Positions 13,301 through 28,300 of a stretch of DNA of 64,000 nucleotides are shown here, piece after piece. The notes under the pieces are model-generated. The model searched no databases and was not told the DNA's origin. It saw only the letters and a program-made list of their open reading frames with translations. Origin of the DNA: Podarcis filfolensis. Taxonomy: Eukaryota. The stretch lies in NCBI GenBank assembly GCA_964270895.1, contig OZ185445.1; one strand, 5' to 3'. Within the stretch, counting starts at the first letter, position 1. Each line of letters opens with the position of its first letter. Both the position numbers and the translations under genes were made by a program.

Positions 13301-16300
13301 CCAGGAAGCTGCAATTGCCCATAGCTTTCCATTCATGTGAACCAGGAACTATGGTTAATGACTTTGAAAAAAGTCAGGATTTGGAAGTCAAACATGGTTT
13401 GAATTTGGATTGTGATCCTGGCTTGCTTGGAAGCTGTTAACCTTGGCAGTGAAGCTAGTTTATTTCAACAACCCATAATTAAGATTAACTTCAGTTTAGG
13501 GTTTGGACATAATGCTAAGCTTCAGGTAACTGAAAGCGGAAGCAAAAGTTTCCTGTCTCCTCTCACAGCCATGCAGCAGGAGGAGAGGAGAGCATATGAG
13601 CCAGGGAGGAGGCTGGGCTCATTCCCATCTCCATAAACCATGATTATTGTGATGTCTGAACACAATATTTGCATTACCATATAAGAAAGCATTTGTGGAA
13701 ATGTTCCATTTTGTATTTTAAGTGGCTAGAAAAATGAAGAAAAGAGAGAAACAAAAGAAGAGGAAAGCTTATGAACCAAAGCTAACACCAGAAGGTAAGG
13801 TTGCTGCCGCCGTTGTTTCCTACCTTTAATGTCTTTGCCATTGTTAGTTGCCATTAATTGATCATGGCTCAAATATACTATACTTCATATTTTTATTAGA
13901 AATGATGGATTCGTCTACCTTCAAGAGGTTCAGCGCTTCAGTAGAAAATATTTTGGACAATTTGGAAGACATGGATTATACTGCATTTGGTAAATAATCC
14001 TTTTCCTATCAAATGATACCTAGATTGCTATATATATTTCGGGCCTTTTTTGACTGACATCTTTAGTGGACTCGAACACTATTTTCCTAAAACTCCCCCT
14101 CCCCATGGCACTGCTTGAGAATTCAAGAAAGAATAGTCATTGCAACCCGCACAAAAATTCCTGTTTAGACAGGGTGGAATGATTGTGTTGCTTAGACTTT
14201 TGTTCTGAAATTCAGGGGTTTCTTTACCCAACTTTTGCCAGGGATCTCTTAACTGCTGTACTTGCAGACATTGGCTATGTTTACACATCATTTACACCTT
14301 AATTGTTTTATGCAATTGAGCAGTGTACTGGTGGAGTCATTACTTCTCTCCTCCTGCTTTCTTGGCTACACCAGGAGCAGCTTGTTGTGTCATCTAGACC
14401 CAGGCTTGTGGTTTGCTTCTCACTAAATAAACCATGAATAGTAGCTAAGTCATCTTCCTGTGTACCACTTGTGTTTTGTCAGGGGGAAACAAAATGTGAG
14501 CCAAGGTTTGCTTGACAACATGCCAATGCTTATGATTTGTTTCCAGCATTCAAGTCACACAGAAGGATCAAAGCCAAGACTTTTGAGCGGCATGCAGAAG
14601 CACACTGCTCATTCATATTAAACCATGGAATGGCATAGGGGGTCCCCCTGGATCATGAACCTTAGATTATGGTCTTGTTAGCCTGCTTGATAATTCAACC
14701 CTGCTCAAAATAGCTTCAGTTTCTGTCATCACAAAAATTTAAAGTTCATAACTTCTCAATTCTTCTGCAATGTTTCAGTGGACCAATTGAATGGAGCTGA
14801 TTTATGGAGCAGTTTGAGAAACTTTGAGCTAGGTTTTGAGAGACAGTCTTCTAGCCTATGCTTCTGTAGTCGAGAGGGATGGAGAAATTAGTTGGGCTCA
14901 CATTCTTCATTAACTGTTATGCACTTCTGCAACAAAAATATGCTTATAAAAAAGCATATATTTGGGGAAAGTGTACGCAAAAATGCATATATTAGGCAAA
15001 ATTGCATACAAAAAGTATATATTATGTGAAATGCATATTAGTGGACTTTAAAAAAAGGCAAACTGATACACAACTAAGGTAAACTGAAGATTGGAAAAAT
15101 AAGGAACAAAGATAAAATAAAAACAACAGCTATAACTTTCTTGAGGTATTGCTGTCTATCTTTAAAATCGTTCTGTCATGCTGCTGCATTGAAAAGAAAA
15201 ATGAAATCTTTCAATTTCTTCTTCTTTAGGTGATGATGATGAAATTCCTCAGGAGTTTTTATTGGGAAAGCATCAACTTAGTGAACTGGGCAGTGAATCT
15301 GCTAAAATTAAGGCAATGGGCATTATGGACAGGGTAAGTTATTGCTGCCTTAAAAATGAAGAATGCAGCAGATTTTTGTTCACAGAGGGATTCTTCAACA
15401 AATATTTTTCTTCTGGAAGAGATGTTATCTGAGAGCTCTTTTAATCTTCAGGGCATTTGGGACAAAATGTAAAAGACAAGTGTGTGCTGTCAGTTAAATG
15501 TATAGACATTTGTTATTTGTTTTGGTAACTCACAACTTATACACATTCAGCTTTATTCTCTTGGGAAATTAAGAAATTAAAATAAATTTAAAAGAAGGCA
15601 AAAATGGGGTGAGCGTCCAGGAAAAACCCCCTTTGGGAAGCCCACCCACTCAAGAACCCCATGGGTTTTGATGATACATTATTTTGGCTTTAGGCGCTAT
15701 CTGGAACATAATCCCAATGTAACTTGAGAGTTGCCTGCAGTCTAGTCTGAGCTCTGTCTGGGCACTAGGAGACAGCTCCCCCCCCCCCCCCCAATCCTAA
15801 CCTTGAGCTGAACTAGGATCTACTTTGAATTTTATTTGGAGCCATTACTTTTTTAATTGGCAAGTGAAAGTAAGGATATGCAATTTGAGGATGAAAGAAA
15901 CTCTGTTTATAAGTCCAAATGGTGGACATAGAGATTATCATATCCATGAAGGATAATAGGTAGATAAAATGTTCTGTTTTTAGCTTTCAACAGAAAAAAC
16001 AGTGAAAGTCCTGAACATATTGGAGAAGAATATTCAAGATGGTTCAAAGCTTTCTACTCTTCTTAACCATGTAAGTTGCTAAATGATGCTAGTATCATTG
16101 TATTTATTTTATACATTAATTGAGAGGCTAGAAATAGCCTCTCCAGCTCTCCTTCTGAACTGGAGACTGCACTTGAGAAATCCTAATAAGGCTGGTTCAG
16201 ATGGCATGGAGTATACTGTGACATTGCTACCAACCTCAGCTGAGAATGTCACTTAGAGAAAATAATATCTAGTCTAAGTAACTTACTAGGAAGTCATTTC

Positions 16301-19300
16301 TACAGAGAGCCTCTTTAAATTGAAATAGAGGTTCCACTAGTCTAGGTATGCACAACTCGAATAACCACAAAGGATTTGTTTATATTTTATCAACAGGACA
16401 TCACTGATACATTAACTGAAGACAAGCATCTTGTTATAATTTTAACTAACCAGTGTTCTCTTTAGCTAATTTTTTTACCTTTCATTTCTCCATGTCCCAT
16501 ACTGCTGTTTATTATCTCTCTCCAAGTAGAGACTTTTCTTTCTTTATACCACCATAGACCTGCATTCTCCTCTCTAGCCTCCCCACTTTCTGCTCCCATT
16601 TCCAAATGCCTTTGTATCCCATTTGTTACCTTTCTGTTCTCCCTGCAGTCTATATACTTTTCTGTATTCCCACTGTACCCGATGTATTACTCCCCCCCCC
16701 AACTTTCTCTTCCCATTACCTAGGCTTCTGTGCATCCCATTTTGTTATGTTTTTCTGCCTCACATCTGTTTCCTTCCCTCTCTCTCCCCCTCCCACCCCT
16801 GTTCCATTTCCTTCTCCCTGACCTCTTCTACTCTTCCTTCTTAATGTTGGTGGCTGCGGTGCAAAAGGCTTTCGCTCACTTAGCAATGCACACACTGAGG
16901 GAATCACAGATGCTAACCAAGGCTATTTGTATTTACTCTAGCAGAAGACTGGCTACCTTTCTTGAATTTGACACTGAAAGTAGAAAGTCTAAAGATGCAT
17001 CTGTGGAAAACAGGAATTCTGGCCCTTTCAAGCCTAGAGTTGGCACATGCCTGCCCTCTAGTGTCCAATTTTTATTTTGAAATGTAAACTCACCTGAAGG
17101 CTTGGGATGGACAATTTACATACATGCATATTGCTCTATATTTCTCAATCAGTGATATGTCTGCATGTTTTTTGTTCTCAAAGGCCTTTTCCCATTATTG
17201 TAACTGACTTCTTAACTGACTTCTGTGACTGACTTGTGTCAAGATCTACATTCTATTTTTTCTCTTTCTGTTGGTTTGCCTAGAGCAGGGGTAGTCAACC
17301 TTTTTATACCTACCGGCCACTAATGCATCTTTCTTGATGGTAAAATTTCCTTACCACCCACCAGTGCTCAATGGAAGGAGGATTCAGCTTGTGCTGTAGA
17401 ACCCCCTACCGCCCACCTAGAATCCCGAAACGCTCACTTGTGGGCGTTAGAGACCAGGTTGACAACCCCTGGCCTAAAGGAATACTGTAGCAAAGTGCTG
17501 TGACCTCTATATAATGCCTTATCCACATCATGCTAAATTCCACAGAATTAGACTTTAAAGTGACTTGTTTACCTTCCACTTTGAGAGGGAGGTAGTGCTC
17601 TTACTTCCCTGTTACTGGAAATAGCTGAATGCACTTGCACTGGAAATTCAGATTCCTTAGCTGGAACAGGAGCTCTTCCAGAGTGACTTTTCCCTGTTTT
17701 TGTGTTGCTTCTTCCTTCCTGACATGGTTTCCTACCTGGTTAACAGAAGATGGAAAAGAGCAGAATTTTTTTTATCAGAAATGATGCTCTATAAGAGTTC
17801 ATCTCAATGGATGAAGAAATACTGAGTAAGGCTCCAATACTGCCATGAACAGTGTGAGCCTCACTCACTGTTGTCATTCTGCAGGGTCATTTTGGGTGAC
17901 GGTTACTAACCAGAAAAAATCCCTGGCTGATTAGACGCAAGAGCATGGCTGGTGAAAAAGTTGGCAACTGTACTTCAGGAAGGGTTTTTCTGAGATTGTA
18001 GCATTGTGAAATATATCACAGAGATTCCTGGTTTGTATTTGGCTATTGAGAGGTTTTAAAATACGAGCAATCACTAAACTTTTTCATATTGATTTATTAA
18101 CTATTGCTGCGTAAACTTTGCTCACATTTATTTTTTCTGATTGCTTTTTAAAAATGTTTTCTTTTAAACTTAGCACTCTGAATTTTTCTACAGAATAATG
18201 ACACTGAAGATGAGGAAAGATTATGGAGAGACTTGATCATGGAGAGAGTCACAAAATCTGCAGATGCCTGTCTTACAGCTATCAACATTATGACATCACC
18301 CAACATGCCCAAAGCTGTATATATTGAAGATGTAATAGAAAGAGTTATTCAATACACTAAATTTCACTTACAGAACACACTTTATCCTCAGTATGATCCT
18401 GTTTACCGATTGGACCCTCATGGTGGTTAGTATAACAGATATATTTCTTGCTTTTTGAAATCATACTATTGTAGAGAATATACATGCAGATCCAAAATCA
18501 TCATCATCTCCTCCTCCTCCTCCTCCTCCTTTATACTCCGCCCATCTGGCTGGGTTTCCCCAACCACTCTAATGTAAAGTAAGCCTTTTTCAACTTTACT
18601 TAGATATATATTTTGTTTAAAGTATTGATATCCCGCCTTTCTATTCCACCACTGGTGTGCCCAGAGTGTCTGTCAACAACAAATTTAATAATAGAGAGAG
18701 AGATCTGAGAGGGCTGGGGAGGCTAAAATAAATTAATACTGCCAAGTATATGTGATGTAATGGAAGAAAGGGAACTCTTGATATTCTGGTCCCAGATTGC
18801 TTGGAGTTTTAAAGGTCACTATCAATACCTTGAATTGAGACTGGCAACAAGTGAAGCTCAGACAAGTGTAAAACAATTTGATTGACTACCTGGCAGCTCA
18901 TTTTGGAGCAGTTGAAAGGACAGCCCCATAAGAACATATGAATGGCCTTGCTGGAACAGACCAGTGGTTCATCTCGTCCAGCATCCTGTGCTCAAAGTTA
19001 CCAATCAGATGCCCATGGGAAGCCCTCAAGCAGAATCTGAACACAATGCCACTATCTCCTCCTGTGGTTTCCAGCAACTGGTATTGAGAAGCCTATTGCT
19101 TCCAACTGTGTGGACATTGCAGCTAGCAGACATTGATAGCTGTTAGCTGGTCTATCAATATATAGCTGTTGATAGACCCATGCAAAGCACATCACAGCGG
19201 TCTCTTTTCTTTTTCATTATGCTCTTCTTGTATTTTTCAGAATATTGGCTTGTGCTTTAGAGGGTTCCCATTGGTAGCTGTGGCAGCTGCAACATAAAGT

Positions 19301-22300
19301 ATAAGTTGCATTTTCCCTGAAAATTTTGACTATGGGAAAATCCTGTCGGGATCTGAATAGTCTGAAATTATTTGGGGTCCTGTCATAATTGATTTGAGTA
19401 AATTTAATTTGCATACTTAATGGTGTAAAAGCTTCATTAAGTGTTCCCTTCAGAAGGTCTCTCTCCTCTCATGCGTACAATACATGCAATCAACTTGATT
19501 TATTATAGTCAACTTGGTTGACTATACAGTGGTACCTCTGGTTATGAACTTAATTTGTTCCGGATGTCTGTTCTTAACCTGAAACTGTTCTTAACCTGAG
19601 GTACCACTTTAGCTAATGGGGCCTCCCGCTGCCGATGCACAATTTCTGTTCTCGTCCTAGGGCAAAGTTCTTAACCCGAGGTACTACTTCTGGGTTAGCG
19701 GAGTTTGTAACCCAAAGTGTTTATAACCTGAGGTGTTTGTAACCCGACGTACCACTGTATTTCATCTTAGGAGATAAGAGAAATATATGAGCTTGGTGAG
19801 GAGCAGCTTTATATCTAATATGGTTGCATTATGCTAAATTTCTAAAAAATGTGTCTTGTTTTAAAATTTACTAGGTGGTGTATTAAGCTCAAAAGCAAAG
19901 CGTGCCAAGTGTTCTACCCATAAGCAAAGAGTAATCGTGATGTTATACAACAAAATTTGTGATATTGTTAGCAGTTTGGCTGAACTGTTGGAGATACAGC
20001 TTCTTACTGACACCACTATTCTTCAGGTAAGTTTGATCCATTTTATCCAGATTTCTCTTCCCCTTCTGCACACACACACAGGTCTAAAGTTCTTCTCCAG
20101 TGGATATTTTTTTTCTTTTACAAGCAGTAATGATGAAACTTCTTAAATTTAAGCTACTAGATTTTAAAATTTATTTTATAAGGCAACTTGGACAGTCAGT
20201 TATGAATATATATGATATGGAAAATATATGAATCTTTGAAGAACAATAACTACAAAATACCCAAGGAAAACAAATGTGTTTTTCTGTCTTAAATCTGAGG
20301 TCCTTTTCATCCCTGTTGTATGCTACTGCGACTAGTATGGGAATTGGAGAACACAATTAAATAGATGATGATCAGAGGTCTTTTTCTGTTGAAAAGATTT
20401 TATTTTCGTTTTTCAAGAATTATGAGAATTTATGTATATATTTCCTTTTCTGTTAATAGGTTTCTTCAATGGGGATAACACCTTTTTTTGTAGAAAATGT
20501 CAGTGAACTTCAGTTATGCGCCATCAAACTTGTCACTGCAGTAAGCACACCTTTTAACCAATATTTAATTGTACAGAAATGAATGACTTCTTGTGGTGTT
20601 GTTGGTTTTTAAAGGAACCTTTGTGGGGGTTGGCTTTCATGAATTACTTAATCTGGTCCTGATCATGTCCTCACTTCTAACTTTGCCTGACAACAGGTTC
20701 TTTTCCCCACTGAACTACTTCTCACTAAGCTTTGCCTCATAACCCAGATTGCTGCTGGTTTGTGAGAAAAGTATAACAACGCCACTGATCTTTCACGCCA
20801 TTATTTACCTTAATTGTTAGAAGGAAGGATATGCTGGCAGGAGCACTGCCGATCAAACAAATCTATTGCTTTGATAGTAGGCAACGGTTAAGGAATTATG
20901 TTACTGAGACCATGTCTGATGTGTCTATGATGGGACACTGACTTGATTTGGGGCATGCTGAGAGTAGCTGAAAACCTACAAGGAGATATCCCTGAGAGAG
21001 AAATCTCATTGCTATAGCAAAGGCAGATTGGTCTGATTTTTAATTTGTTTTGAAGCAGTGTAGATTAGGACAGCAGCTTTAAAGCAGCTACTGTATTTTT
21101 CCATGTATAACACGCCCCCATGTATAAGACGACCTCTATTTTGGGGGACTCCAATGTAAGAAAATGGGGGGGGATTGCCCAGGGTTGTTGAGTGTTTTTT
21201 TGGGGGGGGGTGTGCCAAAAATCACTAATCCGACTGACAAACGCTACAAATCGCAAGTGTCGCCAAAGCCACAACGCGTCTGCTCGCTCACCGACAGAAG
21301 CCGGCATTCGCACGCCCAATTGCCGCAGCGACAGCCAATCCACAGCAGCCCTTGCCGCAGCCACCAATCACCCACCAAATCGCTGCTGACAAGCTCCTGC
21401 TCGTGGCTGCAACCAATAGCCCGTCTCCCCTCTGCACTATGCATGTATAAGGTGACCCCAGATTTTTAACATTATTTTAGAGTAAAAAACCCTCTTCTTA
21501 TACACAAAAAAGTACGGTAGTTTGTCCAGCCTGATGGCTCAGTGTGTGAACAACTTTGTGAGCCTCACTAGGTTTGAAAGTTTACTTAGAAAACAATTTG
21601 AGTTGGTATTTTCAACTCTCTTAAATTAATGTTAGTAGTACCTTCTCCAAAATAATTTAAAACCATTTAATACATTTACATTAATACCACTTTTCTGGAT
21701 ACATACCTCTTGGCTATAGATATTGGTTGGTAATAGGAAAATAACTTTATGTTTTAATAAGTGTGTATGTGTGTTTGTAAAATAGTTTGTATTTTGGACA
21801 GCAAAATAAACAGGAAATGAAATACATATAATAACCATAATGAACTTTTTTCAGGTCTTCTCAAGATATGAAAAGCATAGGCAGTTGATATTAGAAGAAA
21901 TTTTCACTTCACTTGCAAGGTTACCAACCAGCAAAAGAAGTCTGAGGAACTTCAGGTAATGTACAGTGCTAATTTCTCTCTCCCTCTCCTCCCATCTTTA
22001 GAAGAAGTCTGTTTTTTTAGACATTTTATTGTTAACTGCCTGCTTCAAGGGGCATGCTAAGCCAAACTATGTCTGCATAACTGCAGGGTTGGGATTTGAA
22101 TCTAAGGTGCAATTTCAGATTTTGCATACGAGGTTTGTGGCTGTTGGGAGAGTAGAAAACACATCAAATGTCAGACGAGGGAAAACTCCTACCATCCTCT
22201 ACTTTTTGCTTGAATTTTTTCAATTTTTTGTTAATATGGCTTAACTGAATATTGGTTAACGAAATGCCAGTGAGGTTTAGTGGACTAAGACTAGGCAAGC

Positions 22301-25300
22301 ATCTATTCCAATCCCCACTCCACCATGAAACCCCCTGGGTGACCTGCGCCAGCTACTGTTACAGCCCAACCTACATCACAGATTTGATGAGATGATAAAA
22401 GAGGGGTGGGGTATAGCATAGGATCAAGCCATGCAAAGCATGCCACTCTGAATGCTATAAAGGAAGGGTGGGATAACATTGAAGGAAGGAGATATATGAG
22501 TGTGAGGCAGGAATGCTTAAATAAGGCATGGGGAAAGTTTGGCCTGCTGACCAAATTAGACCCAGCAGGTCTAGTTTGGCCTACAAGGCTGTTTTCCCCA
22601 TGCCATACACCTTCTGTCAATCTGTATCTACACCCAGTATTAGGTTTAGGACAGGTAAAGACATTACTGCAAAGGAACAACCAAAAGCTTTGAAGTGCAC
22701 TCCCAATTGTTCCATAGCACTTGGGAGCTGCTGATCCCTTCTGAAGGTGTGGATTGCTGTCATAGCTCATGGGTGGTGACTGCAATCTCCACTGGGGTTC
22801 CTGATCCAAAGCTTTCACATGCTGAAAGTGGGACTTGAATTCAGCATCAACTCCCAAGTCCTGCTTTTGTCAGGGGTCTTCCTCTACAACCTTGCTTGTA
22901 GTCAAGCTGGGCTGTAGAGCAGAAAAGTTCCCATCCCTGGCTTAAATCATGTAGCTTCAAAGTAAAGTGATACACTTCTGTTGGATCAACTTTTGTTCCA
23001 GAAATGTACTGCTCTTTGGGGGAAGCTTATTGCTTAGTTTGAATGCAAAACCACAACCCTATTGTGGGGATAAGATTTGAGATCATTGTAATAATTGAAG
23101 CCAATTGAAAAAAATGCCAAGGGTTTTAGTGTTTTCCACTGGGTTGATTTTTAACATTAGTAAAATAGGTTTGTGTTTTTCAACAGACTGAACAGCAGTG
23201 ACACTGATGGTGAACCTATGTATATTCAAATGGTGACTGCACTGGTGCTACAACTAATTCAGTGTGTTGTGCATCTACCATCAGGCGAGAAGGACTCTAA
23301 TTCTGAAGAGGAGTCAAATAAGAAGGTGAAAATGCTTTAGATTTATGTATTTAGCATATGTTCATATAGTTCTTACCGTTATCATCATAAATTCATGGAA
23401 TGCTGGGCCAGTGATGGGTCGGGCATGGAATGTGGGGAAAGAGCAAAGGGGGAAATGTCAGTTGGTGACACTTGAAGGAGAAGTTGAAAAGGCACTGAAG
23501 AGAGAGGAAGCAAGTAAACACAATATATCAGAGAGGAAGAAAAGTGAACCTGGGCAACAGAGCAGATAGACTGAAAGAACTGTGAGAAATGAATATTCAA
23601 CTAACTGTGTTAACTGAGGTTGAGTTATTTGATCACAGTGTTCATTGGCTGAGTGAATTATATTTTGTTTTTAAGATAATGAAGTAGCGTATTTACCGAG
23701 TCTAATGCACCATTGAATCTAATGAGCACCTCAATTTCCAGAACATTGAAACCAAAAAAAGTATTTCCTGGTGAATGTACTGTATTGGCCTGAATTTAAG
23801 CCTCACTTTCCCCCCCAAATTCCAACCATGAAAAGTTAAAGTGCAGCTTATATTCGCAACCTTACGGTATGCATCCAGGAGCGCAGGGCAAACAGCGCCC
23901 ACGTTGTGCGTAGTTCCCCGTCCTCTCCCCCAAGGCCGGGAAGGGAGAGAGCGAGGAAGGGGAAAGGCTGCCGGCAATGCAGCCCCCCCCCAGTATGTAG
24001 CCAGGAGCAGGGAGAAAGGGAGCAGCTTATATTTGGGTATTTGTTTTTTCAATTCTAAAGGTGCGGTTTATATTCGGGTCTGGCTTATATTCAGGCCAAT
24101 ATGGTAAATGTGCCATCAAATCTAATGTGCACCTTAATTTTCACAGTGTAATTTGTCCAAAAAAGGTGAGCGTTAGGTTCAAGTAAATACAGTATTGTTC
24201 ATGTTCATTAGACTCAAAAGTGATTGCAAGGTTGCATCTCCTTGTCCATAGTTGAGAAACGTATGTATTATACTTGCTGTTGTATAAATCACAACACACA
24301 TTCAGTAAGCAGGCGCTGTGTTCATTTTCAGGTGGACCAGGATGTCCTCATTACAAACTCATATGAAACAGCCATGAGAACAGCACAAAACTTCCTTTCC
24401 ATTTTTCTCAAGAAGTGAGTAGAATTCAACTGTTCATGTGTTATAAGTTTTATTTCTGTGTTGCTGTCCGTGCAGGGCTTTGTCTCCTTCCACTTGCTCA
24501 AGAGGCAGGGATCATGATAAATATTACCCTTACCTCCCTTATTAAGCTCTTAGAATTCTATAATTCTTTCTTTCTCCCTGGAGAATATCAGGAATTATCC
24601 CACTCTACCAAAGACCTATGGCATAAATTGGTTGTGTGCAGAGCTCTTAGAATAGACATCTAACGCACATCATTGTTCAGAAAATTTTATAGCCTTTTTG
24701 TTTCCTTCCACCCTCCCTGGTGAAAGAAGTATCTACTTCCACCATTGCTTAGTAGATCAAGGTTTGCATTCCTCTAGCATACAAAGCACAACACATCCCT
24801 GTTTCATTCATCATCATCGTACTTTCCATCAGGGCTGCAGTTCTCTCAGCATCCCTGTCATCAAATGCTCCAATGTCAGATCTGTTGGACAGTTATCACA
24901 GTCTGGATATCTGGACAAACAGAGAAAGGAACATTGGGACTTTCCTTCTCAAAATGTCCAGAGGCACTCAGAATCAACCCCAAACTCTCATTCAATGGCT
25001 GGCATTCAGTGGCAATAATCTATTTTCATGGACTACATGCAGACACTTCTGCATCATAAACAACCCTTCCCTCATAGTTTCTCTTTTCTTTGTCCCTCCC
25101 TCAATTCCGGATAACTCTTGACATTTATGAACTTGTCCATGGTGAAACTGGGAGGGGCTTGTTCCGGGGAGGCAAAAATGTGTGAGTGCTTTTATATTTA
25201 GCGCTCATTAACCTGGCATCAAAAGGATGTTAAGGCATACTTCTTCTCCCAGGTGTGATTATCAGGCTTATTACTGTTATATTGTTCCACATTTATGATT

Positions 25301-28300
25301 ATATATATAGTGCCAGAAAATTCTCACTTAAAATGTAAAAGAAAAATCTAGGATTCATTGAAAGGTGAATTCATTATGTCTTATTTTCCCCTTTTCATTC
25401 CTTTCTTCAAACAGATGTGGTAGCAAGCAAGGGGAAGAAGATTATAGGCCACTCTTTGAGAACTTCGTTCAGGATCTCCTTTCCACGGTCAACAAACCAG
25501 AATGGCCAGCTGCGGAGTTACTACTTAGTCTATTGGGAAGACTGTTGGTAAGATGCTTGGATTTTTGAAGCAATAATTCTGCTTCACTTTTAATAATGGC
25601 TTGCTTATTTTGATGTAAGTTGTGAAAATAGTCTTACTGTACTGAATCTGCATGTTGCATGCAGTGCAATGTGCTTTGAGCTGGTGAAGACTTAATATAA
25701 GAGTGATCCTTAAATAGGATGAGGGATGAAGAACAGGCAATTTCACTCCTTTTCCTACCATTTCTTCTTTTAGACTTTGAATTCTTCTCCCTCCTGCTCT
25801 ATTATCACTGTTCCATGTTAAGTCTCGCCAGTGTTAAACATGGTTACAGAAATGGACTCCAGATTTCAAAAGCTATGTTTGAAGTATCCTTGAGTTAATG
25901 TTGGTCAACTGTAAAGATATGCTAAATGAGAAGCAGAAGAAATTTTCTGACAAATGGAGAGAGGATGGGGAAGTGCAGGCTTTTGATCTGAAGTGGTCTG
26001 AATTATATGTGAAATGCTAAATAATGTTACTGAACTCTTCCCATTATTGTAGGAGAGGATCAAGCAATATTGTCTTGAAATGTGAGGAGAATAAAAATGA
26101 AGTTTATATATTTTTTTCTTTCATTTTCTTAGGTCCATCAATTTAGTAATAAATCTACAGAGATGGCTTTGAGGGTGGCATCACTCGACTATCTTGGTAC
26201 CGTAGCAGCACGGCTGCGGAAGGATGCAGTCACTAGCAAAATGGATCAAGGATCTATAGCTCGAATTTTAAAACAGGTTTGAGTGAAGTTATTGTTGATT
26301 ATTTTAAGGCAGGTTTCACTGTAGAGATTAGTGTCCATAAAATATTTGGAGTAACATCCCATACAAAACAATGAGAAAAATAGCATTGTGAGATTTCTTC
26401 TTTGTGTTACTCTCAAAAATCAAGAGTGCTTTTGACCTCTCATTTTGATTAGTTTACCCTTAAAATATAAGTTTGTGGCAGTTGCCTCTGGGAGCATCCA
26501 GTTGTTAGCTGGGGTGATGTGGGAGGTGGAGGGTGAGGGGGAAGAGACATTTAATTTCATGGTAAAATAAAAATTTGCTGCAGAAGGAGCAGCCCAACAG
26601 GTTTGCTGGGAGATGGTGTTTCACACACTTGCTACTAATTGATTGTGCGTATGACGACTTTGCTTGATTCCTTTTATTTTTGTTGTGTGTTAACGTGTTG
26701 TGTGTGACATATTGATGCTCCCGGTGTGTTTTGTAATTTGTTTACTTTAAAGTGTGTTTAGGTCAAATCAATCCAAGTTAGTGTGTTCAGATATTGGGAA
26801 GGGTGTGAATTTTATTTAAAATATATTGTGTGTTACAGGTCTCAGGGGGGGATGATGAAATCCAACAACTGCAAAAGGCACTGTTAGATTATTTGGAAGA
26901 AAATACAGAAACGGATGCATCACTAGTGGTATGTTGTAGTTGTTTAAGTGAAAGTCTGCTTAACCCTTTATGTCTTGAAGGCCACATCAGCTGTAGGCCA
27001 ACCCCTTGAGGCTGGTATGTCCATGTTGGGCATGGCCAAAGTTTGCAGAAAGAAGTCACATGCGCAGGCGCACACCCACACCCACCCACACACACATCAT
27101 GGTGCTGCATTGGAAAGGAAGGTCTTCTGCTTACCTTGCAAATGTGCTGGCTTGTTCCCTTTTAAGCTGAGTGAGTAAGGTCTTGGGAGACCTTAAGCCT
27201 TTCTCCCTTAGCACACCAATAGAGGAGGTGGCACAAAGGCTACTGCCTTTTAAACTTTTAAACTGCAACTAAGTTAGATACACAGGCATCACAAGTTAAA
27301 CAGAAAGGTGGTATGTATGGACATCTAAAAGGTTATGTAGAGATTGATACCAACAGTTATAAAGTTCATGTTACTTGTAGCTTTCTGATATGAGGCAAAA
27401 AACTGGCAAAATGTATTACTCTAGTGTTTTTCCCTGCTGAACTTTACATGTCAGTGTTTTAGTATTACATGCAAATTGCCTCTTTTTACTGTAAACTGTT
27501 TTCTGCTTTATACACACCCAGTGTTAGGAAGTTTGGGGGCTGTCCTGACAAGCTCCTGCACTAAAAATATACCACTACACCACCGTTCAGTATAAAAATG
27601 CTCATTCTTCCAATTTGGCAATACTTTTTTTCTTTTTAAAGTTTGTGGGGTTGTAATATAACCTAAGAAAGAGATGACAGAACCACATTTGATGGTAGTT
27701 ACTAAAACAACTTGAGTGATTTTTTTGGGGGAAGTTCAAATAAAGGAGCAAACATGGAAGTGAAAATCAGACATTTTCCCTGCTCCCTTCTTAGAAGTTT
27801 GAGAAGCTGAAGCAGGAGTTGCACTCCTTGGATGTGTCACAAATAAGTTTTGCTACTTTTTAAATGTTATGCTGCTTTTGCATGAGTGAAAGAGAAAAGA
27901 ATCAAGTATTCAGTGTTGTGGATTTTGGATCTAATTTGCTCAGTACAATGTACTGCCTATACTGACTGGTAGGCTTCCAGGCCGGAATTTTTCCTAGTCC
28001 TATCTGGAGATACCGGGAACTGAACCTGGGGTCTTCTGAATGTAAAGCATGTGCTATGCCTTGAGCTGTGGCCCTTCTCCTTTATTGGGAATATACCACC
28101 GTTGTCATTGACTCTGCTTCCTATCATGTAAGCAGTCCTGTATTATGGACAGAGGCACTCTGGGTAGGTGAAGAGTAGGCCCTAACACTTTTATGATGGT
28201 CACATTTAATAAGCAGTAGAGGAACACGTTCATTTATTATAGAGTCTAAAAACAGTTTATAATTGTTTTATCATGTTTTGTAGTGTAAATAATCCAGGAG

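Noticed and set aside
21065-21469. GC-rich ORFs on both strands; possible transposase or CpG-island promoter
   Set aside because: Interior of a 427-bp non-autonomous DNA transposon; no DDE motifs; too short
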